Assembly: GCA_034439895.1 (NCBI GenBank)
Contig: JAWXBF010000248.1
Coordinates: 1 to 56,086, forward strand
Length of the DNA stretch: 56,086 nt
From: Deltaproteobacteria bacterium
GTDB lineage: Bacteria; Myxococcota_A; Polyangia; Fen-1088
Direction: 5' to 3'
In this document: one piece after another, positions 26,706 through 35,269 of the stretch
Numbering within the stretch: position 1 is the first letter of the stretch
Layout: every line of letters begins with the position of its first letter
Notes under the pieces: generated by a model
The model's input: only the letters and a program-made list of their open reading frames with translations
Database searches by the model: none
Told to the model about the DNA's origin: nothing
Made by a program: the position numbers and the translations under genes

Positions 26706-26727
26706 GGAAAAGTAAGGACAGATCGCC

Positions 26728-27165
26728 ATGAACTACACCCAAATGCTGCTTGCCGCACTCACCCTTTCGCTGACCACCGTCGCGGCCCACGCTGCCCAAA
26801 AACCGGCGGCCGAGAAACCGGCTACCGAGAAACCTGCGGGCAATGATGCGAAACCCGCGGGCAAGAAGGAACTCGTCCACGTCGTCGCCGTCAAATTCAA
26901 GGACGGAACCACCCCGGGTCAGATGAAGGCAGTTTCCGATGCCTTCCGCGCACTCAAGGAAAAGATCCCGCTCGTCAAAAAGTATGACGGCGGCGAAAGC
27001 GTCAGCGTTGAAAAACTGAACAAGGGATTCCACCACTGCTCGGTGTTGAGTTTCGAGAACATGGCCGACCTCAAGGTCTACATGGATCACCCGGATCACA
27101 AGGCCTTCGTCGAATTGCTCAAGAAATCGATGGCCGATGTTTTTGTCTTCGATTTCTGGGAGTAA
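26728..27165 (+). CDS. Dabb (stress-responsive alpha/beta-barrel) family protein with a signal peptide and a Lys/Pro/Ala linker
   Basis: Signal MNYTQMLLAALTLSLTTVAAHA, linker AQKPAAEKPATEKPAGNDAKPAGKK, then the Dabb core VHVVAVKFK .. GFHHCSVLSFEN..LKVYMDHPDHKAF. Confidence 0.8.
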   Translation: MNYTQMLLAALTLSLTTVAAHAAQKPAAEKPATEKPAGNDAKPAGKKELVHVVAVKFKDGTTPGQMKAVSDAFRALKEKIPLVKKYDGGESVSVEKLNKGFHHCSVLSFENMADLKVYMDHPDHKAFVELLKKSMADVFVFDFWE

Positions 27166-27169
27166 ATGC

Positions 27170-27952
27170 GTGCATGACTGGTCGCGATTTGCGGCCGTAC
27201 TCCTCGCGATCACATCCTCTTCGTCTTGCCAGCGTATGACGCCCACCCACACAAAACCGGACAGCACGTTCGAGCGCGATGGGAATTTCTCAGGCCTGCG
27301 AACCCATGCGGTTGGTGAGCGACACAATCCAAAACAGATCGTCATCTTGTTGCACGGTTGGGGTGCACCCGGCGACGATCTGGTGCCCCTCGGAGAGGCC
27401 CTCTTGGCCCCCGGCCGGATGTTCGTCTTTCCGGAAGCACCGCTGGTCAGCCCGGGTGGGGGTCGGGCCTGGTGGCACCTCGATGTGACACGGATTGCGG
27501 CGGCGCGCGAACAGGGCCAAAAGCGCGATCTGCGCGGGGAACAACCGGACGGCATGGCCGAAGCCAGCGCGCAGGTGCGTAAAATGCTCGACGCGCTCAA
27601 ACGTCGAGCCCCCGAGGCCACTTTCACAATCGGAGGCTTTTCACAGGGCGCCATGTTGGCCTCGGACGTGACGTTGACCGCGTCAGATTCACTCGCGGGT
27701 CTGGTCGTCATGTCAGGCACGCTCGTCAACGAGACCGTATGGGCACCCGCGCTCAAGAAGATGAAGCCGGGCTTTCCCATCTTCATCAGCCACGGCCGCA
27801 GCGATCCCATCTTGCCCTTCGCGCTGGCAGAAGCCTTCCGTGATCACGCTCAGGCGGGCCAACATACCCTGACCTGGATGCCATTCGAGGGTGGCCACGA
27901 GATTCCGATGTCCGTGCTCGCGGGCCTGCGAAGTTTCCTCGGAAGTCGGTAG
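27170..27952 (+). CDS. Alpha/beta hydrolase (phospholipase/carboxylesterase family), probable lipoprotein
   Basis: VILLHGWGAPGDD, nucleophile elbow GGFSQGA, HGRSDPILP, GGHEIP. The GTG 27170 start gives VHDWSRFAAVLLAITSSSSC. ATG 27137 is an alternative. Confidence 0.8.
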   Translation: MHDWSRFAAVLLAITSSSSCQRMTPTHTKPDSTFERDGNFSGLRTHAVGERHNPKQIVILLHGWGAPGDDLVPLGEALLAPGRMFVFPEAPLVSPGGGRAWWHLDVTRIAAAREQGQKRDLRGEQPDGMAEASAQVRKMLDALKRRAPEATFTIGGFSQGAMLASDVTLTASDSLAGLVVMSGTLVNETVWAPALKKMKPGFPIFISHGRSDPILPFALAEAFRDHAQAGQHTLTWMPFEGGHEIPMSVLAGLRSFLGSR

Positions 27953-27955
27953 CGC

Positions 27956-27991
27956 AAAAAAAAACACGCCGGCGAGGGAACCTCACCGGCG
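27956..27991 (-). terminator. Rho-independent terminator of the small cytochrome gene
   Basis: Minus-strand RNA: CGCCGGUGAGG-UUC-CCUCGCCGGCG, an 11-bp stem with one G-U pair, followed by UG and U9 (plus-strand A-run 27956-27964). On the plus strand the same position is a C/A mismatch. Confidence 0.65.
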
Positions 27992-28022
27992 CGGTGTAAT
28001 GAACGGGATCGGGGAGAGACCC

Positions 28023-28337
28023 CTATTTTTCCTTGCCGACGATGGTGAGCATTTTCTTGTACTGATCCTTGGCATCCGAGGTCAGATCCCACTTCTCCTC
28101 GTTCTTGTGGCACGAATCGCAGTCGACCTTCATGTCGCCCTTCTTGGCTTGCTTGACCATGGCCTTCATGATGGCCTTGGCGCGCTTGATGCCGCCCTCG
28201 ACGCACGCCTTGCCAGCCTCGGTCGTGGCATCTTTGGCGATGGTGCAGTCGTTCTCCGCCGCTCCGGCCGAGATCGGGGCGAGGGCCAAAACGGCAAAAA
28301 CGCCGCCCAAAAGAATGCCGAGTGAATTGCGCAACAT
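28023..28337 (-). CDS. Small secreted protein with a single CXXCH haem-binding motif (putative mono-haem c-type cytochrome)
   Basis: ATG 28337 is preceded by GGAGGAATCACC. Signal MLRNSLGILLGGVFAVLALAPISAGA. One CDSCH motif. The protein is helical and Lys-rich. Confidence 0.6.
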   Translation of the reverse strand: MLRNSLGILLGGVFAVLALAPISAGAAENDCTIAKDATTEAGKACVEGGIKRAKAIMKAMVKQAKKGDMKVDCDSCHKNEEKWDLTSDAKDQYKKMLTIVGKEK

Positions 28338-28627
28338 GGTGATTCCTCCAAAATCAGGGGTCGATGGATGCCGTGACGTACCAAACGGGGTCCGGCCTGA
28401 GACTATTATTGGCACAGCCTGAGGCGCGAGCAACCGTCTGAATGATGGACGCGGGCCAAAGGGTGTCTATTCACCACAACGCGACGCATTTTGACAATTG
28501 ATATTCGTTGCTTTGTGTGCGGTCGCGCATCCACGACGTGAACATTCGACCATTCCATTTGCGTCTACTGGGTTGCACGGTTTAACGTTTCGACCCCCCA
28601 CGTCGGATGCCACCTGCTTACCAAGCC

Positions 28628-29941
28628 ATGGATACCAAAAAGCTAAAGCCAAACCCCTCCACGCCACCCGAAACCGTGAAGTCCCGTCGTGACTTCCTGC
28701 AAGGAGGTGGCCTCGCGATGAGCCTGTTCGCCGGAATGGCCGCAACCGAGATCCGCCCGGCCCGTGCAGCCGACGACAAGGCGCAGAAAAAAGAGGCGCC
28801 TCCCTCTGTTGGCATTGGCGTCATTGGCTGTGGCGATCACGGTCGCGACATTCTCAACACGTTGTCCCGTCTTCCGGGCGCCGATGTGAAAGTAGTTTGC
28901 GATAGCTTTGATGGCCTCCACAAGCGAGCCCTCGGATTTGCGCCCAAGGCCCAGGCCACAACCGACTACAAGGCCCTGCTCTCGAACAAGGACGTGAAGG
29001 CTGTCTTTCTCGCAACGCCCTCGCACCTGCATCGCGAGATGGCCCTGGCGGCTTTGCAGGCCGGCAAGCATTTGTACTGCGAAGCACCGCTTGCCCACAC
29101 CATCGATGAAGCGAAGGTCATCGCCAAGGCAGCACTCGCCAATCCCAAACTGATTTTCCAACCCGGATTGCAACGCCGGGCGAATACCCTCGACAAGTCG
29201 GTCTTCGGATTCGTCAAGGCCGGCGTGCTCTCGAAGATCGCGCAAGCCGATGGCCGTTTTTCCAACAAGAACAGCTGGCGTCGCGCGGCAAGCACGCCCG
29301 AGCGGGAAAAAGAACGCAACTGGCGTCTCTTCAAGGCGACCTCGGGTGGTTTGTTTGCCGAGGTCGGCATTCACCAGCTCGACTGGATGAGCTGGTTCAT
29401 GCGCGCGTTGCCAAAATCCGTCACGGCATCGGGAAACATTTTGGGATGGAACGACGGCCGCGAAAACCATGACACGGTTCGCTGCGAACTCGAATACCCA
29501 GGGGGCCTCACCTACACATACCGTGCGACGCTTGTCAGCTCGATGGGGGGAACGACGGACAGCGTGCAAGGCATGAATGCCTCGGTGTTGATGCGCGGCA
29601 ACCGCGCCTGGATGATCAAGGAAACCGACGCACCGGCACTCGGATGGGAGGTCTACGCGACCAAGGAACCGGTTGGCGACGACTCGGGCATTGCGCTTGT
29701 CGCCAACGCAACGAAGTTGCTCGACGAGGGCAAGGATCCGGCAGAAAGTCGCGGCGAATACGCACAGGGACCGTTGCACTACGGCATCGAGACCTTCCTT
29801 GAGGTCGTTCGCGGACGCGAAAAGCCAACCTTTGGCGCACAAGAAGGGTTCGACGCCACCGTGGTGGCACTCAAGGCAAACGAAGCCGCATTTGGCAACA
29901 AGAAGATCGAGTTCAAAAAAGAGTGGTTCTCGCTCGCGTAA
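28628..29941 (+). CDS. Tat-exported Gfo/Idh/MocA family oxidoreductase
   Basis: Twin-arginine signal KSRRDFLQGGGLAMSLFAGMAATEIRPARA. Rossmann start IGVIGCGDHGR. Gfo/Idh/MocA core ..VFLATPSHLHREMALAALQAGKHLYCEAPL. Confidence 0.9.
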   Translation: MDTKKLKPNPSTPPETVKSRRDFLQGGGLAMSLFAGMAATEIRPARAADDKAQKKEAPPSVGIGVIGCGDHGRDILNTLSRLPGADVKVVCDSFDGLHKRALGFAPKAQATTDYKALLSNKDVKAVFLATPSHLHREMALAALQAGKHLYCEAPLAHTIDEAKVIAKAALANPKLIFQPGLQRRANTLDKSVFGFVKAGVLSKIAQADGRFSNKNSWRRAASTPEREKERNWRLFKATSGGLFAEVGIHQLDWMSWFMRALPKSVTASGNILGWNDGRENHDTVRCELEYPGGLTYTYRATLVSSMGGTTDSVQGMNASVLMRGNRAWMIKETDAPALGWEVYATKEPVGDDSGIALVANATKLLDEGKDPAESRGEYAQGPLHYGIETFLEVVRGREKPTFGAQEGFDATVVALKANEAAFGNKKIEFKKEWFSLA

Positions 29942-29983
29942 CGGCAGCAACACCACACCCCCCTCCTCAAAAAAGACAGAATC

Positions 29984-31384
29984 ATGGCCAACAAGAACGA
30001 CACACATCCTCCAGTCCCCACCACGGCGTTGCCCACAAACGCAACACGTCGACGTTTTTTCAAGATGGCAGGCGCAGGCGGTCTCATCGCCGCGGGCCTT
30101 GCGAGGAGCAACGATGCCTTTGCCTTGAAACTACCGGCGCCGAATGCCAACACCAAGGCTTTCACAGGCGGCAAGTTTCCCAAGGCACGCACGCTGACCA
30201 AGGGCCGCGTGCTCGGTGCCAACGATCGCATCCTCATGGCCTATATCGGCCTTGGCGGCATGGGAACATCTCACGTACAGGACTTCGTGAAGAACGAAAA
30301 GGCCTGGAACACCCAGACGGTCGGTCTTTGCGACCCCTATTCTCGCCGGGTCGATCGCGCGCGCAACATGATAGTCGAGGGCAGCAAGGGCTGTTCAACG
30401 GTACAGGCCGACAAGGACTACCGAAAGCTGCTGGAAAACAAGGACATCGACGCGGTCTTGATCGCAACGCCCGAACACTGGCACAGCCAGATCGCAGTTC
30501 ACGCGATGGAAGCGGGAAAACACGTCTACGTTGAGAAGCCGATGTCGCGTTATATCGACGAGGCCTTCCAGATCTACGACACCAAGAAGAAGACCGGCAA
30601 GATCGTTCAGGTCGGCGCGCAGGGCACTTCCGAGAAAAAGTACCACAAGGCGGCCGAGCTCATCAAAGATGGCAAGGTGGGTCAGCTGGTTTCGGTGCAA
30701 ACGTCCTACTGCCGCAATTCGTCCAAGGGCGAATGGAACTACGACATCGATGCGGAGGCCGGTCCCGACAACCTCGACTGGGAGTTGTGGCTGGGTTCGG
30801 CGCCCAAGCGCCCCTGGAACGACGACTCGAAAGAGCGTTTCTTCCGCTACCGAAAATACTTCGACTATTCGGGCGGCATTCTCGGCGATTTGATGCCACA
30901 CATGATCTACCCGTCGTTGCTTGCCGCTGGTACCAACGAATATCCGTCGCGCGTGAGTGCCATCGGGACTCGCAAGATCTCAACCGATCGCGAAGTGGCT
31001 GACTCGGTGTCGGTCATGGCCGAGTTCCCGAGTGGATGGACCTTCCTGTTCGTTGGTTCAACCGTCAACGAGCAAGGTCTGCGCGAGATGATCCGTGGCA
31101 ACAAGGGCAGCATCTACCTGGCAGGCAAGGATCCGGAACTTGCGCCCGAGCGTCCGTATGCCGAGGAAATCGATCCGGGCAAGTTCACCCTCGACGAGCC
31201 CGAACCGCGCCACTCGGTGCACCGTCGCGACTTCTTGACCGCCATCCGCACCAACACGGAACCGAACTGCAACATGGAGATCGGCATCCGTGGCCAGGTG
31301 CTGGTCAGTATGGCGGAGATCGCACAACGTACCGGCAAGACGATCGTGTTCGACGAGAAGAAGCGCACGTTCAAACCGGCGTAA
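29984..31384 (+). CDS. Tat-exported Gfo/Idh/MocA family oxidoreductase (paralogous architecture)
   Basis: Twin-arginine signal ATRRRFFKMAGAGGLIAAGLARSNDAFA. MAYIGLGGMG. ..VLIATPEHWHSQIAVHAMEAGKHVYVEKPM. Confidence 0.9.
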   Translation: MANKNDTHPPVPTTALPTNATRRRFFKMAGAGGLIAAGLARSNDAFALKLPAPNANTKAFTGGKFPKARTLTKGRVLGANDRILMAYIGLGGMGTSHVQDFVKNEKAWNTQTVGLCDPYSRRVDRARNMIVEGSKGCSTVQADKDYRKLLENKDIDAVLIATPEHWHSQIAVHAMEAGKHVYVEKPMSRYIDEAFQIYDTKKKTGKIVQVGAQGTSEKKYHKAAELIKDGKVGQLVSVQTSYCRNSSKGEWNYDIDAEAGPDNLDWELWLGSAPKRPWNDDSKERFFRYRKYFDYSGGILGDLMPHMIYPSLLAAGTNEYPSRVSAIGTRKISTDREVADSVSVMAEFPSGWTFLFVGSTVNEQGLREMIRGNKGSIYLAGKDPELAPERPYAEEIDPGKFTLDEPEPRHSVHRRDFLTAIRTNTEPNCNMEIGIRGQVLVSMAEIAQRTGKTIVFDEKKRTFKPA

Positions 31385-31391
31385 GCCAACA

Positions 31392-31420
31392 GAGGGCCTC
31401 GTTCACCCGCGACGGCCCTC
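31392..31420. terminator. Hairpin between convergent genes (weak terminator candidate)
   Basis: GAGGGCC (31392-31398) / GGCCCTC (31414-31420), a 7-bp stem with a 15-nt loop and no U-tract. It overlaps the sigma-factor stop codon. Confidence 0.25.
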
Positions 31421-31982
31421 AGCCCAGCATTTCCGGAACCTGCCCCGGGCCGACCGGCTGCAAAATGCGGCGAACTTTGCGGCGCGCGCGCAAAAGCCGC
31501 GTTCCCACGGTCGCCTCGGGGATCGCGAGCATTTCGCTGATCTCGCGATACGAGCGGCCTTCTTGATGGCGTAAACGCAACACATCGGAGAAGGGTTGTT
31601 CAAGCCGCGACATCGCGTTGTTCACGTCGTCGTTGGAAATCTGTTCCCAGTCACACGGTGTGTATTCGGGCGGAGCGGCGATTTCAACCACATCGATCGA
31701 GGAGAGCGCCATCTGGCGAGAGCGGCGTCGGCAGTGGTCGATGAACAGGTTGAACATGACGCGCATCAACCAGTTGCGCAGCGCTGGCCCGGCGGGTACA
31801 GGTTCGGGGTTTCGGATCGCCCGCAACAACGTGTCCTGGACCAAATCGCTCGCGTCGGCGGCATTGCGAGCGAGCGCGAAGGCGCGACCCCGCAAGCAAT
31901 CGAGGTGTTCGTAGATCGCGCTGTAGTCGGTTGCTGGTTGATCCAGCACTGTGAATTTTCTGCTCATCGGCTTGTGCCCCAT
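31419..31982 (-). CDS. ECF-type RNA polymerase sigma-70 family factor
   Basis: Region 2 ADASDLVQDTLLRAIRN..WLMRVMFNLFIDHCRRR. Region 4 SYREISEMLAIPEATVGTRLLRARRKV. The start could be ATG 31967. No anti-sigma gene is adjacent. Confidence 0.85.
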   Translation of the reverse strand: MGHKPMSRKFTVLDQPATDYSAIYEHLDCLRGRAFALARNAADASDLVQDTLLRAIRNPEPVPAGPALRNWLMRVMFNLFIDHCRRRSRQMALSSIDVVEIAAPPEYTPCDWEQISNDDVNNAMSRLEQPFSDVLRLRHQEGRSYREISEMLAIPEATVGTRLLRARRKVRRILQPVGPGQVPEMLG

Positions 31983-32185
31983 TCGTTAAGCACAAGTCAT
32001 GCCAATGATTGTACCCGCGCCCTGTAAACAAGAAGCATAGGCCGCGTTACAATTGTGAAAACGAATTGGGAATTCGCTTCGCCATCGGCGCACAATCGAG
32101 CACAAAACACACCAAGCCAACGCCACGTTGCCTCATCGCTTTTATGCGGCGCACGGGTGTGTTTGGTGTGTTTTACTGCACCGCC

Positions 32186-33151
32186 ATGGCCACCCGCGTA
32201 TCAAACCCTTGCCGTTTCGCCCACGAGGCGATGCGAACACAGTTTGAGTTGACCCTCGACATGCCCGAACGCAGCGAAACGTCATTGCGAGCGGTGGCAG
32301 AAGAGGTGTGGTCGGAGATCGATCGCATCGAACGCGCGCTGTCTCCCCATCAAGACGAATCGGATCTGGTGGCGCTCAACACGGCACGCGGAATCCCGTG
32401 TTCCGTGGGTGGAACAACCTTCGAGTTCTTGCGGGTGGCGCGGGAACTGGCAGGGGCCACGTCGGGCGCGTGCGATCCCACCGTCGGTGCCATCACGCGC
32501 TTGCTGCGCGCCCCCGAGCCCCCGACGGAAAACGCACTCCGCGCTGCCAAACAATGTGTGGGTTTCGAATCGGTTGTCACGATCAACCCGGACCGTCGGA
32601 CCGTCGCGTTGCAGCTTGGCGCGATGCTAGATCCGGGCGCGCTAGGAAAAGGTTTTGCACTTGACGCCGCACGGCAACTCTTGATTGAACTCGGCGTGAC
32701 GCGTGCCCTGTTGCATGGCGGAACCTCCAGCGTACTCACCCTGGGCAACTGGCGCATTGCCATCGAGGCCCCGCCGGGGCTGCCGATCGAGGGATTTCTG
32801 GCAACCGTCGTGCTCAACGACGCCATGCTCAGCGTTTCGGCGGCGCACGGCAGACAGTTTGCCTGGCCGGATGGCAGCACCGGTCATATTGTCGATCCCC
32901 GGTCGGGCGAACCGGCCGGACCCACGCGCCTCTGCGCCGTCGTACTGCCGCATGCGGGGCAACGCGATTCCCATCCCGGCACGGCAGCCGAGGCCTGGTC
33001 AACCGCATTGATGGTGCTGGGGACGGCCGGCCTGGCCGAGCTGGATCAGCGTCACCGGGACGCCTCGGCCCTGGTGCTCGAAGTTGACGCGACCATGAAA
33101 ACCCTGGGCACAAGGTTTGCCATCGAAGGTGCTAATCTCGCGCGCCCGTGA
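32186..33151 (+). CDS. apbE: FAD:protein FMN transferase (ApbE family)
   Basis: HEAMRTQFELTL (compare AMGT..), DPGALGKGFALDAA, SVSAAHGRQF..GHIVDPRSGEP. ATG 32186 is favoured (alternatives 32144 and 32009). There is no convincing signal peptide. Confidence 0.75.
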   Translation: MATRVSNPCRFAHEAMRTQFELTLDMPERSETSLRAVAEEVWSEIDRIERALSPHQDESDLVALNTARGIPCSVGGTTFEFLRVARELAGATSGACDPTVGAITRLLRAPEPPTENALRAAKQCVGFESVVTINPDRRTVALQLGAMLDPGALGKGFALDAARQLLIELGVTRALLHGGTSSVLTLGNWRIAIEAPPGLPIEGFLATVVLNDAMLSVSAAHGRQFAWPDGSTGHIVDPRSGEPAGPTRLCAVVLPHAGQRDSHPGTAAEAWSTALMVLGTAGLAELDQRHRDASALVLEVDATMKTLGTRFAIEGANLARP

Positions 33152-34587
33152 GTGGCAAAAACGAATCCGAAAAACCTTCGAGCGGCCAAACAGCCGGCGG
33201 TCGAGGCGCCCGATTTTCGGGTGCCATGGATCCCGCGGCAGCGGTTCTCAATGCCAGCATCGATTTTGACAGGCGACTGTTGCGAGACGACGTACGCGGC
33301 AGCCAGGCGCACGCGCGCATGCTCGCCAGGGTGGGACTCATCTCGCAAGCCGATGCCGACATCATCGCTGCCGGTCTGGAACAGGCCGCGGCCGAGATCG
33401 AAGCCGGCACGCTGAAGCTCGATCCGGCACTCGAGGACATTCACATGAACCTCGAAAAGCGCCTCACCGAAATCGTCGGCGAGCCGGGCAAACGTCTGCA
33501 CACCGCACGAAGCCGCAATGATCAGGTCGCAACCGATCTGAAGTTGTATGCGCTCACGCAGGCCGCAGCCATCGTCACCAGCATCGATGAAACACGGTTG
33601 GCCCTCGTGCGCCGCGCACGCCAGCATGCACATGATCTGTGCCCGGGTTACACGCATTTGCAACGCGCCCAGTCCGTCACCCTTGGCCACCACTTGATGG
33701 CCTACGTCGAAATGATTGGCCGCGATCGGGGCCGTTTCGTGGACGCGATCAACCGTGCTGCGGAATCGCCTCTCGGCTCGGGCGCGCTTGCTGGAACCAG
33801 CTTGCCCAACGATCGAAACGCCACGGCGTCGGCGCTCGGGTTTTCGCGCGGACCAACCCACAACAGCCTCGATGCCGTGTCGGATCGCGACTTCGCCGCG
33901 GAGCTCACGTTTGCCTGCGCAATGATGCTCGTTCACTTCTCGCGCCTTGGCGAGGAACTCGTGCTCTGGTCCACCACCGAGTTCGGTTTTGTCGAGCTGG
34001 GTGAAGGCTACTGCTCGGGCAGTTCGCTCATGCCGCAGAAAAAAAATCCCGACATCGCGGAACTGTTGCGCGGTCGACCGGGACGCGTGATTGGCGATCT
34101 GGTGGCGTTGCTGACGATCTCGAAGGGCCTCACGCTTGCTTACAACAAGGACCTGCAAGAAACGCAGGAGCCCTTCTACGATGCCATCGAATCGGCGCGC
34201 ACGGTGCTGAACGTCGCACCGGGGCTCGTTGCAACCCTGCAATTCAAGACCGAACGCATGCGGCAAGCCGCGCTTGATCCGGCACTCGGTGCGACGGATC
34301 TGGCCGAGTACCTCGTGCGCGAAAAACACATCCCCTTTCGCCGCGCCCATGAAATTGTGGGCGCCTTTGTGCGCCATGCCGAGACGACCGGCGTAAGCTT
34401 GCGCAAGGTTCCGCCGGAGGCACTCGCCGCGATTGCACCGGAGTTGGATGAAGGCGCGCTGTCGTCACTCGATCCAGAGCGAGCTGTGGCCGCAAGGACG
34501 TTGCCGGGCGGCCCTGCTCCGGCACGTGTGCTGCAAGAAGTTGCGCGCATCGAAGCGGAACTCGTCGCGCTGGGCTTCGAGATCTAA
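33148..34587 (+). CDS. argH: Argininosuccinate lyase
   Basis: GGRGARFSG..LNASIDFDRRL, HLQRAQ, and the signature GSSLMPQKKNPD. The GTG start overlaps the apbE stop (GTGA). Confidence 0.95.
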   Translation: MSGKNESEKPSSGQTAGGRGARFSGAMDPAAAVLNASIDFDRRLLRDDVRGSQAHARMLARVGLISQADADIIAAGLEQAAAEIEAGTLKLDPALEDIHMNLEKRLTEIVGEPGKRLHTARSRNDQVATDLKLYALTQAAAIVTSIDETRLALVRRARQHAHDLCPGYTHLQRAQSVTLGHHLMAYVEMIGRDRGRFVDAINRAAESPLGSGALAGTSLPNDRNATASALGFSRGPTHNSLDAVSDRDFAAELTFACAMMLVHFSRLGEELVLWSTTEFGFVELGEGYCSGSSLMPQKKNPDIAELLRGRPGRVIGDLVALLTISKGLTLAYNKDLQETQEPFYDAIESARTVLNVAPGLVATLQFKTERMRQAALDPALGATDLAEYLVREKHIPFRRAHEIVGAFVRHAETTGVSLRKVPPEALAAIAPELDEGALSSLDPERAVAARTLPGGPAPARVLQEVARIEAELVALGFEI

Positions 34588-34605
34588 TTCTGCGACAATT
34601 GCGGC

Positions 34606-35235
34606 ATGTCGGGCCACGCACGACTTCCGTTTGTGCTCCTGCTGCTTGCAGCTGCCGTTTGTATTGCGACCGTTGCGGCTCCACCCGGAGGACGCGCCGC
34701 CTGGGCACTCGAAGTGGGACCCGGCATCGTCGGCATCTCGATCCTGGTCGCAACCTACCGGCGTTTCCCGATGTCACACTGGGTGTATGTCGGATGCTTC
34801 ATTCACCTCATGATTCTCATCTACGGGGGCTACTACACCTATGCGCTGACGCCGGTCGGAAACTGGGCGCGTGATGCCTTTGGCCTTTCCCGCAACCACT
34901 ACGATCGCGTGGGCCACGTGGCCCTCGGGGTTTTCCCGGTATTCGTAACACGCGAATTGTTGTTGCGGCTGTCGCCGCTACGGCCCGGCAAGTGGCTGAC
35001 GTTTTTGTTGCTGTCCGTGGTGCTGGCGGTGGCGGCTTTCTGGGAGCTGCTCGAGTGGTGGACGGCACTGATTGTGGCGTCGGATGTCGGGATAGCCTTC
35101 CTCGGCTCACAGGGCGATGTCTGGGATGCGCAGTGGGATATGTTTCTCGCGCTCGTCGGCGCAGCGGTCGTCTTGCCACTCTTTTCGCGCCGACACGATT
35201 GCTCGATCGCGCGGATTGCTTCGGCGGCACGTTGA
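34606..35235 (+). CDS. DUF2238 (YjdF-like) inner membrane protein
   Basis: Multi-TM protein. Family-typical RNHYDRVGHVALGVFP, FWELLEWW and GSQGDVWDAQWDM. Confidence 0.75.
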   Translation: MSGHARLPFVLLLLAAAVCIATVAAPPGGRAAWALEVGPGIVGISILVATYRRFPMSHWVYVGCFIHLMILIYGGYYTYALTPVGNWARDAFGLSRNHYDRVGHVALGVFPVFVTRELLLRLSPLRPGKWLTFLLLSVVLAVAAFWELLEWWTALIVASDVGIAFLGSQGDVWDAQWDMFLALVGAAVVLPLFSRRHDCSIARIASAAR

Positions 35236-35269
35236 TACCTGTAGGTCTTGCGACTACACTCGGGCCGCA

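Noticed and set aside
26614-27810. 398-aa minus-strand ORF
   Set aside because: It is antisense to the Dabb and esterase genes, both of which have clear family motifs. It has a low-complexity Arg/Ser/Pro composition.
28643-30007. 454-aa minus-strand ORF
   Set aside because: It is antisense to the first Tat-exported Gfo/Idh/MocA gene. It has no recognisable domain and a shadow-frame composition.
33052-34377. 441-aa minus-strand ORF
   Set aside because: It lies entirely antisense to argH, which has unmistakable motifs (GSSLMPQKKNPD). Its composition is Arg/Ala/Gly-rich with no motifs. This is the typical stop-poor shadow frame of high-GC DNA.
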